From NCBI GenBank assembly GCA_037441775.1, contig JBBIRO010000011.1, positions 1,708 to 65,707 on the forward strand: 64,000 nt of DNA, given 5' to 3'. Positions 28,756 through 38,685 of the stretch are shown piece after piece. The notes under the pieces are model-generated. The model made no database searches and was not told where the DNA came from. It saw nothing but the letters and a program-made list of their open reading frames with translations. This DNA comes from Syntrophobacterales bacterium. GTDB taxonomy: Bacteria > Desulfobacterota > Syntrophia > Syntrophales > CAMTWB01. Numbering within the stretch: the first letter of the stretch is position 1; each line of letters starts with the position of its first letter. The translations under genes and the position numbers were made by a program.

Positions 28756-29973
28756 TTAGGATTCTTTCTCCGCCAGCTTTTCGTTGAGTTTTGCGCCCAA
28801 CAAAGCCCCCCTTTCATAGCAGTCCGCGAGAATATTGTTTGCCGGCCAATTCTTCACCCGAATCGCCTCTCCCACCAATTCCACCTTCAATCCCCTTAAA
28901 ACCTCCTCTATCTGGCCTGCCGCTTCACCCGACCAGCCGTAGGCGCCGAAGGCAGCTCCGAAAGGAATCAGCGGTTTAAGACCTTTGATATAGTTGAGAG
29001 CATCCGCAACCACGGGAAGCATTTGACCGTTAAGCGTCGAAGATCCCACCACCAGCACCCCGGCCTGATGAACTTCATTGATGATGTCGCTACGGTGGGA
29101 AGCGCTTGCCGACATGACCTTGACCTTGAGGCCGGAGGCGGCTAAACCCTCCCCGAAAGCCCGGGCCATCTGATCGGTCGCGCCCCACATGCTGCCGCAG
29201 ATAACTACCGCCTTTGCCTCCGGCTCCTGCCTGGCCCAGCGGACGTATTGAGAGACAATATTTCCCAAGTCTTTCCGCCAGATGGGGCCGTGATCCGGGG
29301 CGATGATTTTCAAGTCCAGACCCATTTTCCCCACCCGGTCAATGAGCTTCAGCACTAACTGCGAATAGGGGAGGATGATGTTGGCATAGTATCTGCGGGC
29401 CTCCTCGGTCAAAATCGCCTCGTCAATTTCATCGGCGAAGCGAGCGAGCGAGGCCAAGTGCATCCCAAAGGCATCCTGGGAGAAGAGAAATCCCGCCGCG
29501 GGAAGGTAGGTAAACATGCTGTCCGGCCAGTGGAGCATTCTGGTTTCCAGAAAAGAGAGGTCTACATTCCCCAGCGTCACACTCTGGCCGTCCTTCACGG
29601 GGGTTAGCTTATCACCCAGACCAAACAGTTCCTCCAGGGCCCTGGCCCCCATTATCGAAGCAAAGACCTGTTTTGGTTTTGTCTCCTCAATGATCTCCCG
29701 GAGGCAGCCGGAATGATCAACTTCGGCGTGATTGGAGATTATGTAACTTATGTCCCGGGGCTCCACCAGATGCGAAATCCGACTTAGCATCTCGGCCTTA
29801 AACGGCGCCTTTACCGTATCAATCAATATTACCTCCTCACCCATAATGAGATAGGCGTTGTAGCTGGTGCCCCGCCCGGTGACGTAGCCGTGGAAATCCC
29901 GGATGTTCCAGTCAACGGCACCCACCCAGTAGATATTTTCACTTACCTGGACCGGTTTATAAAAGTTCTTCAT
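28756..29973 (-). CDS. Flavodiiron protein (rubredoxin:oxygen oxidoreductase type, FprA/ROO)
   Basis: Metallo-beta-lactamase-like diiron motif (SNHAEVDHSG) followed by a flavodoxin-like domain (VVICGSMWGATD). Confidence 0.9.
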   Translation of the reverse strand: MKNFYKPVQVSENIYWVGAVDWNIRDFHGYVTGRGTSYNAYLIMGEEVILIDTVKAPFKAEMLSRISHLVEPRDISYIISNHAEVDHSGCLREIIEETKPKQVFASIMGARALEELFGLGDKLTPVKDGQSVTLGNVDLSFLETRMLHWPDSMFTYLPAAGFLFSQDAFGMHLASLARFADEIDEAILTEEARRYYANIILPYSQLVLKLIDRVGKMGLDLKIIAPDHGPIWRKDLGNIVSQYVRWARQEPEAKAVVICGSMWGATDQMARAFGEGLAASGLKVKVMSASASHRSDIINEVHQAGVLVVGSSTLNGQMLPVVADALNYIKGLKPLIPFGAAFGAYGWSGEAAGQIEEVLRGLKVELVGEAIRVKNWPANNILADCYERGALLGAKLNEKLAEKES

Positions 29974-29994
29974 GTTCTCTTCTCCCTTCCTAAA

Positions 29995-30618
29995 TCAAGC
30001 CTTCGCCATCAGCACAACCCCCTGGTCAAAGGCCTGCAGATTTGCCCCCATCTTGTCCCCAGTCATCATTTCGGCCATGATTTCCATAAAGCCATCTCTG
30101 CTCAAGGGGAGTTCCTTAAGCCCCGCCAGGGCGCCAATCATAATTATATTGCCTAAAATGGGGTTCCCCAATTTCACCGCCTCAGCAGTGGCATCTATAA
30201 ACCAGGCGGCAGCCGCCATTTTGGCAATTGCCTCTTGAATCTCCGCCGGGGAGGGATAGCGCTCTTGTCCCGCTATAACAGCCGCGGGGTAGATCGGCCG
30301 GGTATTGGTCAAAACCTTAATCCCGCTGTTGCCATATTGAGCCAGTACCCGTATTGCCTCTACGGGTTCCAGGGTTACTACCAGGTGGCCTCGCCCCTGA
30401 GGGATCTGGGGACTCCAAACCTTATCTGCAGAGACCCGCAGATGGCTCATCACCGACCCTCCCCGCTGTGATACTCCGAATGTCTCACCCACCACCACCT
30501 GAAATCCCTGCCGAACCAGCATTCCGGCCAAGAGGCGGGAGGCCAGGACGTTACCCTGTCCCCCAACACCGCAAATGATCAGATTGTAGGGATCATAAGC
30601 CAGAGCAATCTTTTTCAT
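29995..30618 (-). CDS. iorB: Indolepyruvate:ferredoxin oxidoreductase subunit beta
   Basis: NLIICGVGGQGNVLASRLL. The ATG overlaps the iorA stop (ATGA). Confidence 0.85.
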   Translation of the reverse strand: MKKIALAYDPYNLIICGVGGQGNVLASRLLAGMLVRQGFQVVVGETFGVSQRGGSVMSHLRVSADKVWSPQIPQGRGHLVVTLEPVEAIRVLAQYGNSGIKVLTNTRPIYPAAVIAGQERYPSPAEIQEAIAKMAAAAWFIDATAEAVKLGNPILGNIIMIGALAGLKELPLSRDGFMEIMAEMMTGDKMGANLQAFDQGVVLMAKA

Positions 30619-32567
30619 GCCTGCGCCGCCTCCTTTCTGACAATTGCCCCGGCGGGACATATCCCGGCGCAGATGCCGCAGCCCGCACAGACAACCTCGT
30701 CAATTGCGGCCTTCCCTTTTGAATAATCAATCATCAGGCCCGGGCAGCGCAATATCCGCGTGCAGAGGCGGTTGCAGCCGCAGGCTTCACTCAGGCAGAA
30801 AGATTCGTTGACGCTCATCTCGTAGCGCTTCTTCCCCCTACGTTCGGGGGCAAGCGCGCACATCTGGCGGAGAATCAGCACCCGGACCCCATCGGCTTCG
30901 TCATCGAAGGCATTTTCCAGCGCACGGCCGGTTTCTCCCAGATCAAAAGGATCGGCCTCAGTCACCCTCGCCCCAATGGCCTCGCAAATCCGCGCTATTT
31001 CCACAGGCTTTGCCGGGCCGTTCATGGCGTTTTGTTCCAGGCCGGGGTGAGACTGGAATCCCGTCATGGCAGTGCCGCGGTTATCAAGGATAATTATGAG
31101 AATATTGGCCCGGTGATGCACCGCATTGATCAAGGCCGGCAGGGCCGCATGAAAAAAGGTGGAATCGCCGCAGACGGCCAGCACCGGCTGGCTTAAGCCA
31201 AAGTGGCTGAGCTGACCGAAACCGGAAGCGATTCCCGTGCCCGATCCCATAGAATGGAGAGTTTTCAATGTGCTGAAACCGCAGGGGAGCAGGGCCATGG
31301 TGTAGCAGCCGATGTCGCCGCAGACGAACCCCTGGCGGCCGTCTAGTTGAATAGCCTTATGGATGCTCCAGAATGACGCCCGATGGGGGCAGCCGGCGCA
31401 AAAGGTCTGCTCCCGGACGGGTGCAAGCCTGAGACTCAAGGCCTGAGCCTTTTCCCGGTAGCCTGGGGATGAAAGCGGATATTCCCGACCCATGGCCTGG
31501 CCGATAGCGGCCATGACCAGATCCGGATTAAGTTCTCCCGTCGTGGGCAGATTTTCTTCACGCTTGCCGAAGAAGTTCTTGATTCCCACCTCTTTTGCCC
31601 TTTCGGCAGCCAGAACCTTGATGTTCTCCTCCAAAAAGGGTATTACCTCTTCCACGATAAGGACATTGTCCGTCAAGGCCAGGTGGCGCAAAACCAGCTT
31701 GTTCGGCAGGGGCCAGCTCGTGGCAAGCTTCAGGATGCCCACCTGCTCTTCCAGGCCCATGATGGCAAGCGCTTCCCGGCAGTAGAGAAAACAGACGCTG
31801 CTGGTTACGATAAGCAGTTCCGGCCGGGCTGGGCCCAGGTATCTATTGAAAGGACTTTCTTCAAAAATCTCCCCGGCCCGCTTCATCCTCTCCTGCTGAC
31901 GGCCGTGCTTGCAGGTGACCGGGGTACTGACCAGTGGGCCGTCATCCGGATCCAGGATTGACCCCTGATTACGGAACCAGGCCTTCCGGTGCAAGTCCCG
32001 CAGCCTTCCCAGGCGAATATTGCCGCTGGCGTGGGAGAGCCGGGTCACGCTTCTTAGCATGACAATGGTTTTTAGCTCCTCCGCAAGTTCGAAGGCCCAG
32101 GCGGTCATATCCTTGGCCTCCTGAAAATCGCCCGGCTCCAGCAGGGGAATCTCCAAAAGGCGGGCGAAATGACGGGCATCTCCCTCGTTGACACTGGACA
32201 GCGCGCCCGGATCATCGCAGGAGACAACAACCATGCCGCCCCGGATGCCGGAACCCGCCAGGTGGAGAAGAAAATCCGATGCCACGTTAACGCCGTTTTG
32301 CTTCATGGCGGTAATCGAACGCAGCCCCGCAAAGGATGCCGCGGCAGCCACTTCCAGTGCCACCTTTTCGTTGGCCGACCATTCCACGTAGAGGTTGCGC
32401 TGGCCGGCCACCCGGGAAAGGTTTTCAATGATCTCCGACGAGGGCGTGCCGGGATAGGCCGCGGCCACGCTTACCCCCGCCTCCAGAGCACCTCGGGCGA
32501 TCGCCTCGTTGCCCATGAAGAAATATTCTTTACCTTCGGTCTCATCCAGCAGCCTGGACATGAACAC
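30615..32567 (-). CDS. iorA: Indolepyruvate:ferredoxin oxidoreductase subunit alpha
   Basis: A TPP-binding 2-oxoacid:ferredoxin oxidoreductase fold (GDSTFFH) and a C-terminal 4Fe-4S region (CAGCGICAGICP). Confidence 0.9.
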   Translation of the reverse strand: MFMSRLLDETEGKEYFFMGNEAIARGALEAGVSVAAAYPGTPSSEIIENLSRVAGQRNLYVEWSANEKVALEVAAAASFAGLRSITAMKQNGVNVASDFLLHLAGSGIRGGMVVVSCDDPGALSSVNEGDARHFARLLEIPLLEPGDFQEAKDMTAWAFELAEELKTIVMLRSVTRLSHASGNIRLGRLRDLHRKAWFRNQGSILDPDDGPLVSTPVTCKHGRQQERMKRAGEIFEESPFNRYLGPARPELLIVTSSVCFLYCREALAIMGLEEQVGILKLATSWPLPNKLVLRHLALTDNVLIVEEVIPFLEENIKVLAAERAKEVGIKNFFGKREENLPTTGELNPDLVMAAIGQAMGREYPLSSPGYREKAQALSLRLAPVREQTFCAGCPHRASFWSIHKAIQLDGRQGFVCGDIGCYTMALLPCGFSTLKTLHSMGSGTGIASGFGQLSHFGLSQPVLAVCGDSTFFHAALPALINAVHHRANILIIILDNRGTAMTGFQSHPGLEQNAMNGPAKPVEIARICEAIGARVTEADPFDLGETGRALENAFDDEADGVRVLILRQMCALAPERRGKKRYEMSVNESFCLSEACGCNRLCTRILRCPGLMIDYSKGKAAIDEVVCAGCGICAGICPAGAIVRKEAAQA

Positions 32568-32570
32568 CCC

Positions 32571-33722
32571 CTATCGGAAATCCCGCGCCGGTTTGAGGCT
32601 GAGAATATCCTGAAGCAATGGATCTTGAGGATTAAGGTAGATAAGGTCATCCGGGCTGCCGCTTTTGGCAATCAGACTATCGAGTGCTTGTCGTTTCTTA
32701 GCACGGGCGGCCTGTTTGAGCTCCATTAGGGCGCCGTCAAAAAGCGGCCTGGTCTCGATCACACCCCTTTCCAGAGCAAGATTAAACAGCTCTTGGCCCC
32801 GTTCAGAACGGATGATAACCTGGTTCCAACCACTGGAATCGCCCTCTCCCTCGGTATCGCCCGCCGAACCGACCGAAATATCGCTGAATTCCGCCGTGGT
32901 ATCGACGCAGAAGCGGCAGGCGGGCCTGATCAGGCTTTGTATTTCTGCAAGCGGGAAATCGTAGCTACGCTCGCCGGCCGTGATCTCAAGCGTGTCTTTG
33001 CGCGGTGGGATGTCCATTCTGGTAACGGCAGCCACTTCGAGTCTGGTTTGCAAAAGTTTAATAAAGTCGCGCCAGACAAGACTCCAGCCGCAGAAAAGTC
33101 CGACGCCTAAAGCCAAAGGGCCGATAGGCTCATCCGTTCCTGCCGCCTCCCGACGCATCTTGGCCAGTGCCTGAAGCTGACAGGGCAAAAGCACCATGCC
33201 GATCCGTCCGCTGCCTTCCCGGACCGACCTTATAAACTGGGCTAAAAGCGGCGCCATTACAAAACGGCTGCCGGCGCACGTTACAATATCCTCAGAGCTG
33301 GTTGTAACGATAGCTTGTGGAAGAAATTTTTCTCTCTTTTCCGAAAGGATTGCCGTATCGATGATTCCCTCAGCCAGGGCCAGGTTCAACAGGCTGGTCA
33401 CGACACCGCCGTGCTGGACTTTCAGCCGATTTGCTGCCTGCCGCGATCGGACATGGTGATACCCTCTGAACGGTCCTAGTTCCGCTGTCAGTGGCGAGTC
33501 GGGGAAATAAAACTTTTGCAGCGCCGTTATGTCCAGACCGGTGCGGGGGCAGGAAGAGTAGCATTTACCATCGGCCAGATCACAGGGGTGGAGCGCCACC
33601 GTCCGGTCGCGATAGGAAACGAGATAGGGACAGTGAGTGGCGCAGGCGCCGCAGGAGGTGCATAAATCACGATTAGCTACCTGCGCCAGCAGATCCTTCT
33701 GCCCCTTGGCTGTTTTTTCCAT
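32571..33722 (-). CDS. FrhB-family (coenzyme F420 hydrogenase/dehydrogenase beta-like) iron-sulfur flavoprotein
   Basis: N-terminal ferredoxin-like CTSCGACATHCPY and CYSSCPR, then the FrhB N and C regions. Its stop is 3 nt upstream of the iorA start. Confidence 0.7.
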   Translation of the reverse strand: MEKTAKGQKDLLAQVANRDLCTSCGACATHCPYLVSYRDRTVALHPCDLADGKCYSSCPRTGLDITALQKFYFPDSPLTAELGPFRGYHHVRSRQAANRLKVQHGGVVTSLLNLALAEGIIDTAILSEKREKFLPQAIVTTSSEDIVTCAGSRFVMAPLLAQFIRSVREGSGRIGMVLLPCQLQALAKMRREAAGTDEPIGPLALGVGLFCGWSLVWRDFIKLLQTRLEVAAVTRMDIPPRKDTLEITAGERSYDFPLAEIQSLIRPACRFCVDTTAEFSDISVGSAGDTEGEGDSSGWNQVIIRSERGQELFNLALERGVIETRPLFDGALMELKQAARAKKRQALDSLIAKSGSPDDLIYLNPQDPLLQDILSLKPARDFR

Positions 33723-33881
33723 CTGCTGCCACCAACCTTCCCACAGCGTTTCCCGCCTTATACTGAAAAGTCAGCGTGCATTCAAGGGGATTTACGGTTA
33801 TCCGGAAAAAATTAATTTCCCGCCGTAATGCTAAAATTCTATCAATTTAACTTTCCTTGTGCTAGATAAGCCTTATAAATA

Positions 33882-33973
33882 GGGCGAAATCGTAAAAAGC
33901 AACGCCGTTGCCTATTGCCAAGGTAGCAGCGGGCAAAAAGGCCCGCGTCTACAAAACTTTTTACCGCGCCTTT
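33882..33973. repeat. T-motif-bounded element H (92 bp)
   Basis: L gggcgaaatcgtaaaaagc and R aactttttaccgcgccttt. The core is module P (33914-33952). Confidence 0.7.
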
Positions 33974-34018
33974 AAATAAGCAACCAACGCATAACAATAA
34001 TAACCAAGGGAGGCAAAA

Positions 34019-34876
34019 ATGTACGAAAGACAGAATTACGGTTCAAAAGAGGCGATGGATATGCTGTTGAAAAAGGGTCCGATGCGAATAATTTCCATCA
34101 TCGGCGTTCTTATCGTGCTGATTATCTTTTCCAAACCGTGGGTCCAGGTCGGGCCGGGCCAGCGGGGAGTCGTTATGAACTTCGGCGCCGTCCAGAAGCA
34201 TGTCCTGGGAGAAGGTCTTCATCTGCGGATACCGATCATGCAGACGGTGGTTCTCGTGGACGTGAAGGTCCAGAAGGTTGAGACCGACGCCGCCGCCGCC
34301 TCGGCGGATCTCCAGGATGTGAGTTCCCGAGTGGCCCTCAATTTCCATGTCGTCCCTGACAAGGCCAATACTGTCTATCAAACCATCGGGATTCATTTTA
34401 AAGAACGCATTATTGATCCGGCCATTCTGGAAGTGGTGAAGGCGGTGACGGCCAAGTACAGCGCTGAGGAGCTGATCACCAAGCGACCCGCGGTAAGCGA
34501 GGCCATGCGGCTCGCCCTGTCGGAGAGACTTTTGGCCTATAATATTGCCGTAGATGCCTTCTCGATTGTAATCTTCAGCTTTTCTAAGGTCTTCACCGAA
34601 GCCATCGAACAGAAGCAGACGGCGGAACAGCTTGCCCTGAAGGCCAGACGGGACCTGGAACGGATCAAGATCGAGGCGGAACAGAAGATCACCGCCGCCA
34701 AGGCCGAGGCGGAATCCCTCCGGCTGCAGCGAGCCAATATCTCCACCGATCTAATCGAACTCAGAAGGATCGAGGCGAACCTGCGGGCGATCGAGAAATG
34801 GAACGGCATCCTTCCACAAGTAACGGGCGCCGGAGCTGTGCCCTTTATCGGCGTGGGCGAGGTGGGGAAAAAGTAA
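34019..34876 (+). CDS. SPFH/Band-7 (prohibitin-like) membrane protein
   Basis: N-terminal TM helix, an SPFH core (VGPGQRGVVMNFGAV) and a C-terminal coiled coil. Confidence 0.85.
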   Translation: MYERQNYGSKEAMDMLLKKGPMRIISIIGVLIVLIIFSKPWVQVGPGQRGVVMNFGAVQKHVLGEGLHLRIPIMQTVVLVDVKVQKVETDAAAASADLQDVSSRVALNFHVVPDKANTVYQTIGIHFKERIIDPAILEVVKAVTAKYSAEELITKRPAVSEAMRLALSERLLAYNIAVDAFSIVIFSFSKVFTEAIEQKQTAEQLALKARRDLERIKIEAEQKITAAKAEAESLRLQRANISTDLIELRRIEANLRAIEKWNGILPQVTGAGAVPFIGVGEVGKK

Positions 34877-34939
34877 GAGCTGGAGATGGGTTTCAACTCC
34901 GCCCCCAACCAGCAGTTGATTTTTATTGCGTCGTCAGGG

Positions 34940-35073
34940 TTGATGCCTTCATAAAAACTCCACCTGCTCCTCCCCTCGCGCGAGGGGATAAGGGGGAGGT
35001 GGAGATGGCGGACTTTTTACCGCGCCGTCCAAAAATTGCAGTTTTACGGAGTTTTACCGCTTCATCAATTCTA
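34940..35073. repeat. T-motif-bounded element I with extended R-side module
   Basis: L ttgatgccttcataaaaactc, nested hairpin ccacctgctcctcccctcgcgcgaggggataagggggaggtgg, and R gactttttaccgcgccgtcc. The 43-nt extension ends 2 nt before the thiolase RBS. Confidence 0.75.
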
Positions 35074-35088
35074 CAGGAGGACGCTAAA

Positions 35089-36339
35089 ATGGAAGAGGTG
35101 GTTATTGCATCAGCCTGCCGCACCGCGATCGGCAGCTTCGGTGGTTCCTTAAAGGATGTGAACGGCGCCCAGCTGGGCGGCATCGTGATGAAGGAGGCGG
35201 TGATTCGTGCCGGCATCGAGCCTGGGATGATCGACGACGTCCGCTTCGGTTGCTGTTTGGAACCGGTCGATGCTCTAAATGTAACCCGCGTCTCCGCCCT
35301 AATGGCGGGCATTCCGGATTCGGTCAGCGCGGCCACGGTCAACCGAGTTTGCATCTCCGGAATGGAAGCGGTCGTCTCCGGCATGGCTATGATCCAGGCA
35401 GGCATGGCTGAAATCATCCTGGCGGGCGGGATGGAGCACATGTCGGGAATCCCCTATTCTATCCCCAATGCCCGTTGGGGTCTGCGCCTCCAGGATCAGC
35501 TCCTCGTGGATAACATCATCCACGCCCTCCATGCCGGCTCCCATCTCCTGCCCGGTCCGGAAACTGGCCCGCTGAAAGATGGGATGCCTCTGGAGCTGTT
35601 CCGGGGAAAACCTTACATCATGGGGGTGACCGCCGAGTTTGTTGCTCAGATGTACAACATCAGCCGGGAAGAAATGGACGAGGTGGCCTTAAGAAGTCAC
35701 AACAATGCCGAACGGGCCAATCGTGATGGCGACTTTGCCGCCGAAATCGTTCCCATCGAAATCCCGCGGAAAAAGGGCCAGGCGTCGCTTGTCTTCGCCA
35801 AGGATGAACACTTTCGGCCCGGGCTGACAATGGATGGGCTGGCCCAACTGCCCCCGGCCTTTATCCCCAAGGTCGGCAAGGTTACCGCGGGCAACTCCTC
35901 CGGCATTAACGATGGTGCAAGCGCCATGGTAATAATGTCGGCCGCAAAAGCCACCCAACTGGGATTGAAGCCCCTGGCCCGGATCAAGGCCGTCGGCCGC
36001 GGCGCCTGCCACCCCTCGGTGATGGGGATAAGCCCAGTTCCGGCAGTCCGTAATTTGGAAGCCCGGTCGGGCCTTCAACTGTCCGATTTCGAGCTTATCG
36101 AGGTTAATGAGGCCTTCGCCGGCCAGTATCTGGGCTGTGAAAGGGAGCTGAAGCTTAATCGGGAAATCACTAATGTGAACGGTTCGGGCATCGGCTTGGG
36201 CCATCCGGTTGGTTCCACTGGCTGCCGGATCATGGTAACCCTGATCCATGCCTTGAAAAAAAGAGGGAAAACTCTGGGACTGGCCACGCTGTGCGGCGGC
36301 GGCGGAGTCTCCATGGCCTGCGCTCTGGAAATCCTGTAG
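35089..36339 (+). CDS. Acetyl-CoA C-acetyltransferase (thiolase)
   Basis: MEEVVIASACRTAIGSFGG, NRVCISGM (active-site Cys), GCRIMVTL and CGGGG. AGGAGG RBS. The tracked ORF start at 34798 is translated repeat sequence. Confidence 0.9.
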   Translation: MEEVVIASACRTAIGSFGGSLKDVNGAQLGGIVMKEAVIRAGIEPGMIDDVRFGCCLEPVDALNVTRVSALMAGIPDSVSAATVNRVCISGMEAVVSGMAMIQAGMAEIILAGGMEHMSGIPYSIPNARWGLRLQDQLLVDNIIHALHAGSHLLPGPETGPLKDGMPLELFRGKPYIMGVTAEFVAQMYNISREEMDEVALRSHNNAERANRDGDFAAEIVPIEIPRKKGQASLVFAKDEHFRPGLTMDGLAQLPPAFIPKVGKVTAGNSSGINDGASAMVIMSAAKATQLGLKPLARIKAVGRGACHPSVMGISPVPAVRNLEARSGLQLSDFELIEVNEAFAGQYLGCERELKLNREITNVNGSGIGLGHPVGSTGCRIMVTLIHALKKRGKTLGLATLCGGGGVSMACALEIL

Positions 36340-36406
36340 CCGCGATGGGTAAAACCACCTGTCTCGGCTACAAAAACCACCCAGTGAAATTGGGACGTTC
36401 CCAAAA

Positions 36407-36533
36407 TTTGACGGCTTCGTAAAAAGGAGAGGGGGAGTTAAATACTTGGGATGGCAATTATTATCACCTTCACCGTAAACCCTCTCACCTCAAGAGAGAC
36501 AGGGAGCTCTTGAATTTTTACGAAGTCGTCAAA
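36407..36533. repeat. T-motif-bounded element E (127 bp)
   Basis: L tttgacggcttcgtaaaaa and R tttttacgaagtcgtcaaa match at 18 of 19 positions as inverted repeats. The core is homologous, inverted, to the cores of J and K. The R end contains the polymerase stop codon. Confidence 0.85.
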
Positions 36534-37836
36534 CCTTGATGTTCAGCAGGGGGATAGCAAGCCGTTGGCGCTTCGTATCACCGTGGGGGCAGGTATCCTC
36601 CCGGACGGTCGGGTCACCCCGGCGGCCATTACCCAGCATTTCCAACGGATGCGAAGAGCCAATGTGAAGGGAGTGTTTGCCGTATCTGGCGCTTACCTGA
36701 TCAACCGCCAGGTAGAGTTCCCTGATCCGCTCGGCATGGATGGGGTCCTCGAAAAGCGAGTATTGGACTGCCCTGTCCGGCGCCAGCTCCATCAGTACCA
36801 CCCCGGTCGCCCGGTAAAGGACATTTTCACGGTAGAGGCCGGCAAAGGCCTGCCGCAGCACTTCCGAAAGTTCGTGGGGGTAGGCCGAGGGGCGGCTGAG
36901 CTTGATCTCCTGGCTTTGGGTATTGAAATCCCGGGTACGCAAGACCGCCATAATCCGGCGGGCGGCAAGTTGATAGCGACGAGCCTTAATGCAGGCGTTT
37001 TCGAGGTTGCGCATCAGGTGGGCGAAGAGATATTCCTGCTCCGCCGTCGGGGGCGAAAAGGTTTTCATTTTGCTTATCGATACGTATGAGCTCTTCTCTT
37101 CCGTCGCCACCGGATAGACCATTTCGCCCCGCAGCTCCCTCCATATCTCCAGCGCCGGCTTCGTGAAGCGCGCCAAGATAACCCTTTCGGGAAGCCGGGC
37201 AAATTCCAGGGCGGTTGTTATCCCCAGCTTGGCAAGGTAACTGGTCGTGGCATGGCCGATACCCCAGATCTTTTCCACCGGCAGTCCCTGAAGGTAATCG
37301 GCGATGGACCGCCCCGGGATGAAAGTCAGGCCGTCTGGTTTTTTGTGCTTCGATGCAACCTTGGCCAAGACCTTGGTGAGACTTAGGCCCACGGAAACGC
37401 CGATCCCCAGTTCCTTTTCAATGGCTATTTTCATCATCCCGACAATATCTTCGTAGGAAGCGCCAAGGGCCCGGCGCATGCCGGTTAGATCCGCGAAGGC
37501 CTCATCGATGGAATATTCCTCCACCTGGGGGGTAAAGCGCCGCATGATATTGAACATCCGCCGGGAAAAGAGGCTGTAGGTTTCGTAATCGGAAGGCAGA
37601 ACAATCAGCCCCGGGCAGATGTTCCTGGCTAGCGCCAGAGGAACGCCCCTTTTTACCCCCCTGGCCTTAGCGGCATAACTGGCGCAAGCAACTATTCCCC
37701 GCTCCGCCCCGCTAACCAATGGCTTACCCCTAAGCTCCGGATGGATCGCCTCTTCGCAGGAGGTAAAAAAGGCGTCGCCATCGATATGAACTATCGCCCT
37801 GGGCCAGGAATGAATGTTGAATATCCGATTAGTCAA
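36529..37836 (-). CDS. Y-family DNA polymerase (UmuC/DinB-like)
   Basis: IVHIDGDAFFTSCE and YSIDEAFADLTG motifs. Starts 18 nt downstream of lexA. Its stop TGA lies inside a T-motif repeat. Confidence 0.85.
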   Translation of the reverse strand: MTNRIFNIHSWPRAIVHIDGDAFFTSCEEAIHPELRGKPLVSGAERGIVACASYAAKARGVKRGVPLALARNICPGLIVLPSDYETYSLFSRRMFNIMRRFTPQVEEYSIDEAFADLTGMRRALGASYEDIVGMMKIAIEKELGIGVSVGLSLTKVLAKVASKHKKPDGLTFIPGRSIADYLQGLPVEKIWGIGHATTSYLAKLGITTALEFARLPERVILARFTKPALEIWRELRGEMVYPVATEEKSSYVSISKMKTFSPPTAEQEYLFAHLMRNLENACIKARRYQLAARRIMAVLRTRDFNTQSQEIKLSRPSAYPHELSEVLRQAFAGLYRENVLYRATGVVLMELAPDRAVQYSLFEDPIHAERIRELYLAVDQVSARYGKHSLHIGSSHPLEMLGNGRRGDPTVREDTCPHGDTKRQRLAIPLLNIKV

Positions 37837-37854
37837 GGTATCGCCCTGCTAGAT

Positions 37855-38442
37855 TTACCGGTGATATTTGCGGATCACCGCCACCACAACGCCACCCAGG
37901 CGAAGTTCATTTTGGGGCCTGATAGTTGGATATTTGGGATTGGCCGACTTAAGAAAAACATCACCGCCTATTTGGGTAAAATACTTCATTGTCCAGTTGC
38001 CGTCCACTTCGGCCAAAACAATATCTCCGTTATTGGCCGTCCGGCCCCGCTCGACGATTACGAGATCGTTTTCCCTTATCCCTTCGCCAATCATGGAATC
38101 CCCGCTGACCTTAAGGAGAAATGAAGAGTCGGGCCGATTGATCAGGTACTCATCAAGGGAAATCACATCGCGCAACTCTTCCTCCGCGGGGGTCGGAAAG
38201 CCGGCCTGGATCTCCCCCGCCAGGGCCAGCGAGAAGGTTTGCCTTGCCGGCAGGAGATGTCCCTTTCCGTCGCGGATCAAAACCCCCTCCTCAATGAGCC
38301 GGTTTACCCAGAAATGGACGACGCTTTTGGAGCGTACCCCGAGGATTTCCATCATTTCCGCATAGGAAGGCATCCGCCGCTGTTCCCGGTAGAAATTGGC
38401 GATCTGACCCGTTATCAACGCAACGTTTCGTTTCTTTTCCAT
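37855..38442 (-). CDS. lexA: LexA repressor
   Basis: N-terminal winged HTH, an Ala-Gly cleavage region (LALAGEIQAGFP), an S24 peptidase Ser (SGDSM) and a Lys (WTMKYF). Confidence 0.9.
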   Translation of the reverse strand: MEKKRNVALITGQIANFYREQRRMPSYAEMMEILGVRSKSVVHFWVNRLIEEGVLIRDGKGHLLPARQTFSLALAGEIQAGFPTPAEEELRDVISLDEYLINRPDSSFLLKVSGDSMIGEGIRENDLVIVERGRTANNGDIVLAEVDGNWTMKYFTQIGGDVFLKSANPKYPTIRPQNELRLGGVVVAVIRKYHR

Positions 38443-38496
38443 AAGTGCCCCTTCTCCCGGCAGCGCCGGAAATATAAGCCATCGTTGGTGGATATA

Positions 38497-38667
38497 GTCA
38501 CATTTGATGAAGCGGTAAAAAGCTCAAAAACCCCTCTCACTTGAAAAAACAGAGAGGGCAACAGGGTGTCGATAGTAGCCATTTCAAGTATTTAGCTCCC
38601 CATTACCTTTATCCACTCCCACAATGAGAGCGGAAACGCGACTTTTTACGAGGTCGTCAATTGTGAC
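38497..38667. repeat. T-motif-bounded element J (171 bp including the extended inverted repeat GTCACAWTTGA)
   Basis: L gtcacatttgatgaagcggtaaaaagc and R gactttttacgaggtcgtcaattgtgac. The core contains hairpin ccctctcacttgaaaaaacagagaggg and the shared block aagtatttagctcccc. Confidence 0.8.
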
Positions 38668-38685
38668 GACTGAGATCACTCATAC

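Noticed and set aside
34798-35088. An apparent 97-codon N-terminal extension of the thiolase ORF (...PPAPPLARGDKGEVEMADFLPRRPKIAVLRSF...).
   Set aside because: It is a translation of repeat element I. The thiolase family N-terminus (MEEVVIASACRTAIG) starts at 35089 behind an AGGAGG RBS.
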